Source of the DNA: an uncultured Elusimicrobiaceae bacterium
Lineage (GTDB): Bacteria; Elusimicrobiota; Elusimicrobia; Elusimicrobiales; UBA9959
Length of the DNA: 29,367 nucleotides
Reading direction: 5' to 3'
Assembly: GCA_964631475.1 (NCBI GenBank)
Contig: CAZVWK010000016.1
Location: 1 to 29,367 of the forward strand
Both the position numbers and the translations under genes were made by a program. The notes below the pieces were generated by a model that worked only from the letters and a program-made list of their open reading frames with translations, was not told where the DNA came from and ran no database searches. Positions 9,132-17,683 of this stretch are shown in pieces (the stretch's first letter is position 1; each line of letters starts with the position of its first letter).

Positions 9132-10429
9132 ACTTTAGGGAGGAGCGGCGGACGCTGGCCGGCTTCGCCGCCGTTTTCTTCCTGCTCTATTTCCTGCCGG
9201 TCGGATCGCCTCGCTTCGACGGGGCCCTGACCGAGGCGCTGGAACTCACCAAGTGGTACACCCGCGAGCACGTGGTGCTCTGCCTCATCCCCGCCCTCTT
9301 CATAGCCGGGGGCATCTCGGCCTTCGTCAGCTAGGCCGCGGTGATGAAATACTTCGGCGCTCGCGCCAATAAGTTTCTCTCATACGGCGTGGCCTCGGTT
9401 TCCGGCACAATACTCGCCGTTTGTTCCTGCACCGTGCTGCCGCTGTTCGCCGGCATCTATAAGCGCGGTGCGGGACTGGGCCCGGCCATAGCATTCCTTT
9501 ATTCCGGCCCGGCCATCAATGTGCTGGCCATAGTGCTTACGGCCCGCGTGCTCGGCTTCGAACTGGGCGCCGCCCGCGCCATAGGCGCGGTGGTCTTCAG
9601 CCTGTTCATCGGCCTGTCCATGCACTTCATGTTCCGGCGTGAGGAACATGCCAAGGCTAAAACCCAGTCGGACTTGCCGGAACCGGAAGTGAAGCGGCCT
9701 CTCTGGCAGACATCCCTCTACTTCGCTTCCATGGCCGCCATACTCATCTTCGCCAACTGGGGCGAATCCGATCCTGCCGACCGCGTCTTCCACGCCATAC
9801 ACGGCGTCAAATGGCCGCTGACCGCTTTATCCGCGGTGGCGCTGGGCTTCATGCTGAAGGTCTGGTTCGGGGCCGGCGGCGGAAAACTTTTCCTGGCCGC
9901 TCTCCCGGCGGTAGCCCTGGCTTTTCTCTTCGGCGACCTGCCCATACTTTCCTTCTCGGCCGGCTTCATCGGGCTTTCCTGGGCGCTCAACTCCTCCGGA
10001 GAGGGGGAACTCCGGGACTGGTTCTCCTCCGCCTGGGACCTGTCCAAGCAGATCTTCCCGCTGCTCATCGGCGGCATACTGGTGTCGGGCTTCCTCCTGG
10101 GCAGGCCCGGCCACGAAGGGATAATCCCCTCGCACTGGGTGGTCTGGGCCGTGGGGGGCAATTCCTTCGCCGCCAACTTCTTCTCTTCCGTAGTAGGGGC
10201 CTTCATGTACTTCGCCACGCTGACCGAGGTGCCGATACTGCAGGGCCTGCTGGGCGCCGGCATGGGCAAGGGGCCCGCGCTGGCCCTGCTGCTGGCGGGC
10301 CCCGCTCTCTCGCTGCCCAATATGCTGGTCCTCAGGACCGTGATGGGGGCCAGGAAGACGGCCGTCTATGTCGTCCTGGTGGTGGGCATGGCCACGCTCA
10401 GCGGCATGTTCTACGGTAAGTATTTTTAG
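9128..10429 (+). CDS. Permease of the DUF318/ArsP/SO_0444-like group, interrupted by in-frame TAG at 9332-9334
   Basis: The segments WYTREHVVLCLIPALFIAGGISAFVS (TAG) AAVMKYFGARANKFLSYGVASVSGTILAVCSCTVLPLFAGIYKRGAGLGPAIAFLYSGPAINVLAI are in one frame. The track shows them as ORFs 9128..9334 and 9341..10429. The start overlaps the arsR stop (ATGA). Confidence 0.8.
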
Positions 10430-10438
10430 GAGGGCCTT

Positions 10439-10684
10439 ATGAAAAAGACGATCCAGGTGCTGGGCATGGGCTGCGCCAAGTGTAATAACCTCTACGCGGC
10501 GGCGGAGAAAGCCGCCAAAGAGCTGGGCGTGGAGTACGAGATGGAGAAGATTTCCGATATAGATAAGATAACGGACATGGGCGTCATGCTGACCCCCGCC
10601 CTAGCCGTGGACGGCGAAGTTAAGAGCTCCGGCAGGATCCCTTCCCCGGAAGAGCTTAAGAAGTTCATTGCGGGGGGGGCATGA
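10439..10684 (+). CDS. Small thioredoxin-fold redox protein (redox-active disulfide protein 2-like)
   Basis: MKKTIQVLGMGCAKCNNLYAAAEKAAKELG...LTPALAVDGEVKSSGRIPSPEELKKFI. CxxC near the N-terminus and a cis-Pro TPALAVDG segment. Confidence 0.88.
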   Translation: MKKTIQVLGMGCAKCNNLYAAAEKAAKELGVEYEMEKISDIDKITDMGVMLTPALAVDGEVKSSGRIPSPEELKKFIAGGA

Positions 10685-11262
10685 GCGCCCCGTCCCCGGT
10701 ACTGAAGACGGCCCTCTTTGTTTTCGCGGCGGCCGCGGCCGGTACTATAATCTACAGGGCGGCCACCTCCCCATGCTACGATAAGGAAGCGCCTCCTTCC
10801 GCGGTCTCGGAAGCGGCCCCCGCCGCCGCGGCGACATCGGCCGTGAGCCCGGCCGCGCCGGTGAAAAGGACCGCGGCGCCCGCCGGGTCCGTTTCAGCTC
10901 CCGCGGCCAAACCTGCCGAGGCCGCTAAGACCGCGCTGGTCTATTATTTCTACACCAGCGCGCGCTGCTATTCCTGCAATACGCTGGAGCGCTATGCCCG
11001 GGAAGCCGTGGCCGGCGATTTTAAGGAGCCGTATAAGGGCTGGCGGGTGGAGTTCCGGGGCGTTAACGTGGAGGAGCCTGCCAACCGTCATTTCATGGAG
11101 AACTACAAACTGACCTCGAAAGGCGTGGTGGCGCAGAAATTCGAAGGGGACAAGCCCCTGGCCTGGAAGGAACTGCCGGATGTCTGGCGGCTGCTGGGGA
11201 ACAAGGAGTTGTTCACCGGCTACGTCGTCGGCGAGATACAGGGCCTTCTGGACGCCAAATGA
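10681..11262 (+). CDS. Membrane-anchored thioredoxin-like protein
   Basis: Signal/TM N-terminus (VLKTALFVFAAAAAGTIIY), Ala/Pro linker, then LVYYFYTSARCYSCNTLERYAREAV with a CxxC motif. ATGA overlap with both neighbours. Confidence 0.75.
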   Translation: MSAPSPVLKTALFVFAAAAAGTIIYRAATSPCYDKEAPPSAVSEAAPAAAATSAVSPAAPVKRTAAPAGSVSAPAAKPAEAAKTALVYYFYTSARCYSCNTLERYAREAVAGDFKEPYKGWRVEFRGVNVEEPANRHFMENYKLTSKGVVAQKFEGDKPLAWKELPDVWRLLGNKELFTGYVVGEIQGLLDAK

Positions 11263-11951
11263 GCGCCGAATTCTGGGCGGCCGCGGCGACGGCCCTGTGG
11301 ACGGGGATCATCACCTCGGTGAGCCCCTGCCCGCTGGCCACCAATATAGCGGCGCTCACTTATATCTCCAAACACTCCGGGTCTCACAAAATGGCGGTGC
11401 TGGCCCAGGGCCTGCTCTACGCCCTGGGCCGGGCGCTGGCCTATATCGTCATCGGCTTCCTAATCGTCAAGAGTCTTCTCTCCGCGCCGGCTTTTTCCTT
11501 CTTCATGCAGAAATACGGCAACCAGGCCCTCTCTCCCATACTGGTGCTGGCCGGCATGTACATGCTGGATATGTTCGGTCGCGGGTTCGAGGGCTTCACT
11601 ATCTTCGATCTGTCTAGGTTCAAGGCCAGGGCGGGGGGCTTCTCCTCCTTTTTCATGGGTTTCATCTTCGCGCTGGCGTTCTGTCCCATCTCGGCAGCGC
11701 TGTACTTCGGGGTTATCATACCGCTGGCCGCCGGCAGTTCCGCGCCTTTCTCGCTGCCGCTGCTCTACGGCCTGGGCACCGCCCTGCCGGTAATAGGCCT
11801 AGCCGTGGCGCTGGACTTCGGTCTCAAGAAGGTCTCCGCCATAACCGGCCTGGCCGGCCGCTTCGAGCATTGGGCCAGGCCCGCCACGGGCTGGGTCTTC
11901 GTCGCCGCCGGCGTCTATCTCGGCCTTAAGTATGTTTTTGCCGTTATTTAG
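11259..11951 (+). CDS. CcdA/DsbD-like transmembrane protein, ArsG-type efflux permease candidate
   Basis: WTGIITSVSPCPLATNIAALTYISKHSGS...GLLYALGRALAYIVIG...GFSSFFMGFIFALAFCPISAALYFG. Repeated P-C/C-P helices typical of the DsbD/CcdA fold, in ars context. Confidence 0.8.
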   Translation: MSAEFWAAAATALWTGIITSVSPCPLATNIAALTYISKHSGSHKMAVLAQGLLYALGRALAYIVIGFLIVKSLLSAPAFSFFMQKYGNQALSPILVLAGMYMLDMFGRGFEGFTIFDLSRFKARAGGFSSFFMGFIFALAFCPISAALYFGVIIPLAAGSSAPFSLPLLYGLGTALPVIGLAVALDFGLKKVSAITGLAGRFEHWARPATGWVFVAAGVYLGLKYVFAVI

Positions 11952-11959
11952 GAGGGATA

Positions 11960-12724
11960 ATGAGCATTTCACACTCTAAGACCCGGTCGCTGGTGCGCCG
12001 GGCTTACGGCACGGTTGCCAGAAAGCCCCGCTCCTGTTGTCCCGGGTCCGACTGCTGCGGAGCGCCGGCGCCCGCCAAGAGCGAAGGTGAACTGGGTCTC
12101 TCCTGCGGCGACCCGGTCTCTTTCTCCGGGATAAAGAAAGGGATGACCGTGGTGGACCTTGGCTCGGGGGCCGGGAAGGACGTCTTCATCGCCGCGCCGT
12201 TGGCGGGGGCCAAGGGCAAGGTCATAGGCGTGGACATGACGCCGGCCATGCTGGCGCTGGCCAAAAAGAACGCCGCGAAGTTCTCGGCGCGCACCGGCCT
12301 CGATAATGTCGAGTTCCGCAAGGGCGTCATCGAGAACCTGCCCGTTCGGGACGGCGAGGCTGACCTTATCATCTCCAACTGCGTCATTAACCTCTCGCCC
12401 GACAAGCCGGCGGTGTTCCGCGAGGCCTTCCGGGCGCTCAAACCCGGCGGAGCCATCGTGGTCAGCGATATCGTTCTAAACCGGGAACTGCCGCCCGCCC
12501 TGAAGAAGCACGCCGGTCTCTACGCCGCCTGCGTGGCCGGGGCGCTGCTGCGCGAGGATTATCTCGGGGCTATAAAGGCCGCCGGCTTTACCGGGTTGAA
12601 ACTGCTCTCCGACCGCCTCTACTCCGCTTCCGGGACCTGCCCGGACCCCATAACGGATAAAGCCGGCAAGGCCCTGGAAGGTTCGGCTTCCAGCATAACG
12701 GTCTGCGCCAGGAGGAAGAAATGA
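11960..12724 (+). CDS. arsM: Arsenite S-adenosylmethyltransferase
   Basis: VVDLGSGAGKDVFIAA, GVDMTPAMLALAKKNA, VEFRKGVIENLPVRDGEADLIISNCVINLSPDKPAVFREAFRALKPGG, plus the later Cys in YAACVAGAL and the N-terminal Cys-rich SCCPGSDCCG. Confidence 0.92.
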   Translation: MSISHSKTRSLVRRAYGTVARKPRSCCPGSDCCGAPAPAKSEGELGLSCGDPVSFSGIKKGMTVVDLGSGAGKDVFIAAPLAGAKGKVIGVDMTPAMLALAKKNAAKFSARTGLDNVEFRKGVIENLPVRDGEADLIISNCVINLSPDKPAVFREAFRALKPGGAIVVSDIVLNRELPPALKKHAGLYAACVAGALLREDYLGAIKAAGFTGLKLLSDRLYSASGTCPDPITDKAGKALEGSASSITVCARRKK

Positions 12725-13140
12725 AAAAAATACTGTTTCTCTGCACGGGCAATTCCTGCCGCAGCCAGATGGCCGAAGGGTGGGGGAAGAAACTGCTGGC
12801 CGCCAGGGCGGAGGTCTTCTCCGCCGGCACCAGGCCCGGCGCGGTGGACCCGCGCGCCATAAAAGTCATGGCCGAGGCCGGCGTGGACATCTCGGGCCAC
12901 CGCTCCAAGCGCGCCGACGAGTTTAAGAGCGAGTCCTTCGACCTGCTGGTGACAGTCTGCGACAACGCGCGCGAGAGTTGCCCCGTCTGGTTCGGCAAGG
13001 CGGAGAAGTTGCATAAGAGCTTCGAGGACCCGCCGCACCTGGCCCGGGAGGCGAAGACCGAGGAAGAGGCGCTGGCGCATTACCGCCGCGTGCGCGACGA
13101 GATCCGCGATTTCGTGGCCGGCCTGATGATAAGGAGATAA
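12721..13140 (+). CDS. arsC: Arsenate reductase, LMW-phosphatase/thioredoxin-coupled type
   Basis: MKKILFLCTGNSCRSQMAEGWGK (P-loop CX5R), HRSK, LLVTVCDNARESCPVW. ATGA overlap with arsM. Confidence 0.93.
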   Translation: MKKILFLCTGNSCRSQMAEGWGKKLLAARAEVFSAGTRPGAVDPRAIKVMAEAGVDISGHRSKRADEFKSESFDLLVTVCDNARESCPVWFGKAEKLHKSFEDPPHLAREAKTEEEALAHYRRVRDEIRDFVAGLMIRR

Positions 13141-13143
13141 ATA

Positions 13144-14235
13144 ATGGAAGCCATAACGAAGAAACTCTCGTTCCTTGACCGCTATCTGACTCTGTGGATT
13201 TTCGCCGCCATGGCCGTCGGCGTGGCAGGCGGCTGGATGTGGCCGCAGGCCGTGGCCGACTTTAACGAGGCTTCCAGCGTGGGCACCACCTCCATCCCGA
13301 TAGCCATCGGCCTCATCCTCATGATGTACCCGCCGCTGGCCAAGGTGAAATACGAAGAGATGCACCGCGTCTTCTCCAATAAGAAGGTGCTGGCCCTGTC
13401 GCTGGCGCAGAACTGGCTGGTAGGCCCGGTACTGATGACGGCGCTGGCGATGATATTCCTGCGAGACAAGCCCGAGTACATGGTCGGCCTTATCATGATA
13501 GGCCTAGCGCGCTGCATAGCCATGGTCATAGTCTGGAACGACCTGGCCCGCGGCGACCGCGAGTACTGCGCTGGGCTGGTGGCCTTCAACTCGGTGTTCC
13601 AGGTGCTCTTCTTTCCCGTTTACGCCTGGTTCTTCATCACGCTGGTGCCCGGCTGGTTCGGCCTGGAAGGCGCCGCCGTCAATATCACTATGGGCGAGAT
13701 CGCCAAAAGCGTCTTCATCTATCTGGGGATCCCGTTCATCGCCGGCATACTCACCCGTTTCTCGCTTATAAAGGCGAAGGGGAGGGAGTGGTACGCGCAG
13801 AAGTTCATCCCTGTCATAAGCCCGCTGACGCTGCTGGCGTTGCTCTTCACCATCGTCGTAATGTTCTCCATAAAGGGCGAGAACATCGTGCAGGTGCCTT
13901 TCGACGTGGTCCGGATAGCTGTGCCGCTGCTTGTCTACTTCGTGCTGATGTTCCTCGTTTCCTTCTGGATGAGCCGAAAGGCGGGCGCGGATTACCCTGA
14001 ATCGGCCACGCTGTCTTTTACGGCCGCGTCCAATAACTTCGAACTGGCCATAGCTGTGGCCATTGCCACCTTCGGCATAAGCCACGGCGCGGCTTTCGCC
14101 GCCGTCATCGGGCCGCTGGTCGAGGTGCCGGTTCTCATCGGGCTGGTCCATGTCTCGCTGTGGATAGGGCGCCGCTGGTTCGGCCGGCCCGGCGCGGACG
14201 GCCCCGCCGCGGCGAAGACGGCGGAAACCCCTTGA
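13144..14235 (+). CDS. acr3: Arsenite efflux transporter ACR3 family
   Basis: Multi-TM protein with [42 protein letters not shown] and [21 protein letters not shown]. Confidence 0.95.
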   Translation: MEAITKKLSFLDRYLTLWIFAAMAVGVAGGWMWPQAVADFNEASSVGTTSIPIAIGLILMMYPPLAKVKYEEMHRVFSNKKVLALSLAQNWLVGPVLMTALAMIFLRDKPEYMVGLIMIGLARCIAMVIVWNDLARGDREYCAGLVAFNSVFQVLFFPVYAWFFITLVPGWFGLEGAAVNITMGEIAKSVFIYLGIPFIAGILTRFSLIKAKGREWYAQKFIPVISPLTLLALLFTIVVMFSIKGENIVQVPFDVVRIAVPLLVYFVLMFLVSFWMSRKAGADYPESATLSFTAASNNFELAIAVAIATFGISHGAAFAAVIGPLVEVPVLIGLVHVSLWIGRRWFGRPGADGPAAAKTAETP

Positions 14236-14289
14236 AAACCCTGCCCGTATTTTGTGACAATTAGGGTAAACCGGCGGCAGGGAGAATCT

Positions 14290-15201
14290 ATGAACATAAA
14301 ATTAATCAGCGCAAGTTGCGCGGCGGGCCTCGCCGCCATACTCTTCATGTCCGGCTGCTCGGGCCGGAACGAGGCGACCGTGGGAACTCCTTCGAATCCC
14401 CTGGTGGTGGTCCTCTCCCCGGCCTATTCTCCGGCATCCCTGCCGGGCGCGGAGAAGACCTTGCGTGAGCGGTTGGAAAAGGCCTCCGGCCTCACCCTCA
14501 ACCTGCGCGTTGCGGCTTCCCAGTCCGAAGCGGTAAACTCTTTCGCCGCGGGCAAGACCGACGCCGCGCTGCTGCGGCTCGAGGAATACCTGGTTGCCAG
14601 GCAGGAGTACGGGGTCAGCCCGGGGCTGCAGGCGCTGCGCGAGGCCGGGGCTTCCGACTATGAAGCCGTGCTCCTGGCCAGGCAGGACAACAAGACCAGC
14701 CTGGACAGCCTGACTGGCGGGAAAATAGGTTTTGTGGGTCCCTACTCGGTGAGCGGCTTTACGCTGCCTTCCATCTATCTGAAGAAAGCGGGAGAGAGTT
14801 TTATCCCGGTGTTCTCGGCGGGCCACGACGAGAACGTGGAGCGCCTGCTGAATGGCGAACTGGACGCCGCCGCCACCTACGCCCGCTACGCCTCCAAGCG
14901 CAAAGGACTGAAAGTGCTGGCCGTTACCGGCCGTATCCCCAACGAGCCTCTGGTGGTCAGGCGCGGCCTCGACGCGGCCAAAAGGGAAAAGTTGCTGACC
15001 GCTTTCGTTTCACTAGCCGGGGATCCAGAGGGCAGGAAGACCCTCGGAGCGATGGCCGACATAACCGGGTTCGGGCCGGTGGACGCCTCGGTCTACAAGC
15101 CGATACACGACATTATACGCATGGACGGCAAGTCGGTATACGATCTGATCCCGGACGGCTGGAATATATACCGCCTTAACCAGCCTTATTTCCCCGACTG
15201 A
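14290..15201 (+). CDS. PhnD-like phosphate/phosphite/phosphonate-type substrate-binding lipoprotein
   Basis: Lipobox MSGC, VVVLSPAYSPASLPGAEKTLRERLEKASGLTLNLRVA, GGKIGFVGPYSVSGFTLPSIYLKKAG, HDENVERLLNGELDAAATYARYA, RIPNEPLVVRRGLD. No adjacent ABC permease or ATPase. Confidence 0.8.
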   Translation: MNIKLISASCAAGLAAILFMSGCSGRNEATVGTPSNPLVVVLSPAYSPASLPGAEKTLRERLEKASGLTLNLRVAASQSEAVNSFAAGKTDAALLRLEEYLVARQEYGVSPGLQALREAGASDYEAVLLARQDNKTSLDSLTGGKIGFVGPYSVSGFTLPSIYLKKAGESFIPVFSAGHDENVERLLNGELDAAATYARYASKRKGLKVLAVTGRIPNEPLVVRRGLDAAKREKLLTAFVSLAGDPEGRKTLGAMADITGFGPVDASVYKPIHDIIRMDGKSVYDLIPDGWNIYRLNQPYFPD

Positions 15202-15216
15202 GCCGCCTTCGAGGCC

Positions 15217-15253
15217 AGCCTCCCCGGCTTAACGTCGGGGGAGGCTTTTTTTT
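15217..15253 (+). terminator. Rho-independent terminator
   Basis: AGCCTCCCC...GGGGAGGCT stem followed by a T8 run. Confidence 0.85.
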
Positions 15254-15303
15254 GCCCGGGGCGAAAAAAACGTCCATCTGCTAGACTATTGAGAGGGATT
15301 CTT

Positions 15304-15717
15304 ATGAAGCACAAAGTTCTGATAGTGGACGACGATCCCAATATCAGGCTGGTCCTGAAGGGGATCTTCACGGGCTGCGAGATCAGCGAGGCGCAGGACG
15401 GCAAGGCCGGCCTGGCCGCGATACAGTCCGCCCGGCCTTCCGTGGTCCTGCTGGACCTCAAGATGCCCGTCATGAACGGGATCGAAGCCCTCAAAAAAAT
15501 AAAGGATTTCTCCCATAGGCCGCTTATTTTCGTCCTGACCGGAACCGACGACGTGGAGACCGCGGTTAAAGCCCTGGACCTGGGGGCCTGCGGATATATA
15601 ACCAAGCCTTTCAGCCCCGGGGATATAAAGCGTGTCGTGTTCGCGGCCCTGGCCGAGAAAGAGGAGCAGAACCCGCACCCGGACCGTTTCTGGCGGGTGG
15701 TGGGCAAGGACGAATAG
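15304..15717 (+). CDS. Stand-alone response-regulator receiver domain protein
   Basis: KVLIVDDDPNIR, VVLLDLKMPVMNGIEAL, FVLTGTDD, GYITKPFSPGDI. No output domain. TAG stop. Confidence 0.92.
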   Translation: MKHKVLIVDDDPNIRLVLKGIFTGCEISEAQDGKAGLAAIQSARPSVVLLDLKMPVMNGIEALKKIKDFSHRPLIFVLTGTDDVETAVKALDLGACGYITKPFSPGDIKRVVFAALAEKEEQNPHPDRFWRVVGKDE

Positions 15718-15744
15718 TAGATAAGTGTTGTGCCCACAAAATAA

Positions 15745-15777
15745 AACCCAGGGCCTGCGCTCGGGGTTCTTTTTTTG
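15745..15777 (+). terminator. Probable terminator after receiver gene
   Basis: AACCC...GGGTT imperfect stem followed by CTTTTTTTG. Confidence 0.5.
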
Positions 15778-15790
15778 TCCTTCGCCTGTA

Positions 15791-16426
15791 TTAGAACTTA
15801 CAACCGACCGAGATGGCCGGGAGGCGGACGATGGAACTGTAGGTGCCGTTGAGCTCGGTCCCAGTGGTTACAGGGGCTTTGTTGCCTGTATGCGATCGTC
15901 TATGGTCCGCTCCATGAACTTCAGGTAGAGGTATGACGCGTCCACGGTCCAGTTTCCTTTGGTCCAGCCGGCGCCCACGGAGACGGCCAGCCGGTTGGCG
16001 TCGGGATTGCGGGTCTCGAAATAGGAGTTCGAAACGTGGCTCAGGTCATAATAGGCGCCGGCGCGCAGTTTCCAGTACTCATTGAACTTATCTTCGCCGC
16101 CTACGCGGAAGGCCCATTTCTGGTTCAGCCTGCGGGTGGCGTAGAAATGCGGGAGGGCGTGTGCCTTGCTCTCGGGCTTGTCGAAGGTGGTGCCCTGCTT
16201 GTGTTCCGTCTGGGGGGGCGACGAAGACGCCGCCCAGGGACATGTTGGCCCCTTCCAGGTCAGTCATGGCGGCCGGGCTGTACCAGACCGCAGAGGCGTC
16301 GTCGGCCACAGCCGTGAAGGCGTTGCCCATGCCGTTGGCGGCCGCGCCCTGGGTTGTCTGCCTGAAGCCGGCGGCGCCGGCATTGGCGGCCATGGCCGCC
16401 ACTATCAGTATCGCGGGTTTTTTCAT
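15791..16426 (-). pseudogene. Remnant of OmpP1/FadL-family outer-membrane protein
   Basis: N-term MKKPAILIVAAMAANAGAAGFRQTTQGAAANGMGNAFTAVADDASAVWYSPAAMTDLEGANMSLGGVFVAP. A shifted frame then reads TEHKQGTTFDKPESKAHALPHFYATRRLNQKWAFRVG...WKLRAGAYYD...LAVSVGAGW. A third frame ends VTTGTELNGTYSSIVRLPAISVGCKF-stop. Too short for a full barrel. Confidence 0.7.
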
Positions 16427-16620
16427 TGTCGTTTTTTTCCTTGCTCCTGGCGCCGCGCCGGCCGCGTTCAGCCTCGTTCACACCGGAACGGCCGGGGCTT
16501 GTCCGTTTTATTAGTCATGGGCCGGAGGGTGTTTGAGGCAGGTCAAAGTCCCCGGGAGAGGCCGCTTGCCGGGGCGGAGGCCCGGCCAAAGGACCCAGAA
16601 AAAAGGGGGACTTACAAGTC

Positions 16621-16649
16621 TTGACAGGTGAAGCCCTTGATGGTATTAA
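16621..16649 (+). promoter_or_regulatory. Sigma-70-like promoter
   Basis: TTGACA (16621-16626), 17 nt spacer, TATTAA (16644-16649), 34 nt upstream of ATG 16684. Confidence 0.65.
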
Positions 16650-16683
16650 TATGTATGATGGTAACGCGGTAACAGGGGAACAT

Positions 16684-17619
16684 ATGAAACTCTTTCTGGC
16701 ATCGGTACTTTCAGCCGGCGTATTCTGCGGGGCCGCGGGCGCCTCGGGCTTCGAGGCGGAACTCAGGCAGGCCGAGGATAATTTAGCGGAAGTGAAACTG
16801 GGCGAAGGGCTGCAGTTACCGGTGCCTGTCCCCTCCGCTTCCATGCCCGAGGGACTGGACGGCGCGCCCGACATCTTCGGCTATTTCGAGGCGCTCAAGG
16901 CCTCCGAGCCGGCCGCCCGCGAGCTGGCCGGCTTCGACAAGTCCGCCACGGCGCTCAACCGCCCGGCCGGCGAGGTGGTCTACACCGTGGACCTGGCCCG
17001 GGTGAAGAACGCCTACCTGCGCACGGCCAAAACATTCAGGACCTCCAGGGGCACCACGGTGCATGTCAGCGGCTCCAAGGCCTCCAACTGCCCCGACGGC
17101 GGCAACGGCTGCAAGGACAAGGAAAAGTTCTTCCTGGTGCTGACCACCGACAAGGGAGAGTCTTTCTTCGCCCGGGCGATGGATATAGTCAACTGGGGCA
17201 TCTTCATGAGCGGCTCCAAGACCTTCAATATAGACGGCGAGAACTATACGGTCAAGGTCAAGGCCAACGCCTCTACCCCGGAGAACAGCACGCTAGAGGT
17301 CAAAGGCCCCCGCGGCGTGGTGCTGACCGCCAGCCTCAAGGACCTGGGCGACGCCGTGGCCGCCAAAGGCGTGGACGTGCGCCTCTCCAGGATCTACAAG
17401 CTGGCCTACGGCAACGAGATAGTCCAGGGCCCGCAGGGCGCCAGGTTCACGCAGAAGATGCTGGTCCTGATGATACCCTTCCCCGTGCAGGACGCGTCCA
17501 GCTACTTCATACTGCAGGCCGCCGACATCAAGCCCGCCGGCGTCATGTTCCCCGAACTGGACCGCGGCCACGGCTTCCGCATAAACGGCGGCACGCTGGA
17601 GATCTTCAGGCTCAACTGA
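16684..17619 (+). CDS. Secreted hypothetical protein
   Basis: [37 protein letters not shown]... signal-like N-terminus. Codon-consistent ORF with its own promoter and terminator. No family recognised. Confidence 0.75.
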   Translation: MKLFLASVLSAGVFCGAAGASGFEAELRQAEDNLAEVKLGEGLQLPVPVPSASMPEGLDGAPDIFGYFEALKASEPAARELAGFDKSATALNRPAGEVVYTVDLARVKNAYLRTAKTFRTSRGTTVHVSGSKASNCPDGGNGCKDKEKFFLVLTTDKGESFFARAMDIVNWGIFMSGSKTFNIDGENYTVKVKANASTPENSTLEVKGPRGVVLTASLKDLGDAVAAKGVDVRLSRIYKLAYGNEIVQGPQGARFTQKMLVLMIPFPVQDASSYFILQAADIKPAGVMFPELDRGHGFRINGGTLEIFRLN

Positions 17620-17639
17620 GCCGCGCGGCTTCTACGAAG

Positions 17640-17668
17640 GCCCCGGGCCCCGCCCGGGGCTTTTTTTT
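17640..17668 (+). terminator. Strong Rho-independent terminator
   Basis: GCCCCGGGC-CCC-GCCCGGGGC perfect 9-bp stem followed by T8. Confidence 0.9.
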
Positions 17669-17683
17669 GGGGTAAATACTATA

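Noticed and set aside
9128-9334. Independent 68-aa small membrane protein
   Set aside because: It is in the same frame as and contiguous with the permease across a single TAG. Its sequence matches the expected permease N-terminus, so it is treated as part of that gene.
10427-10439. Permease-thioredoxin fusion by TAG readthrough
   Set aside because: The permease TAG (10427-10429) is followed in frame by GAG GGC CTT ATG of the next gene, so a fusion is possible in principle. The GGAGG RBS-like sequence just before ATG 10439 supports normal separate translation.
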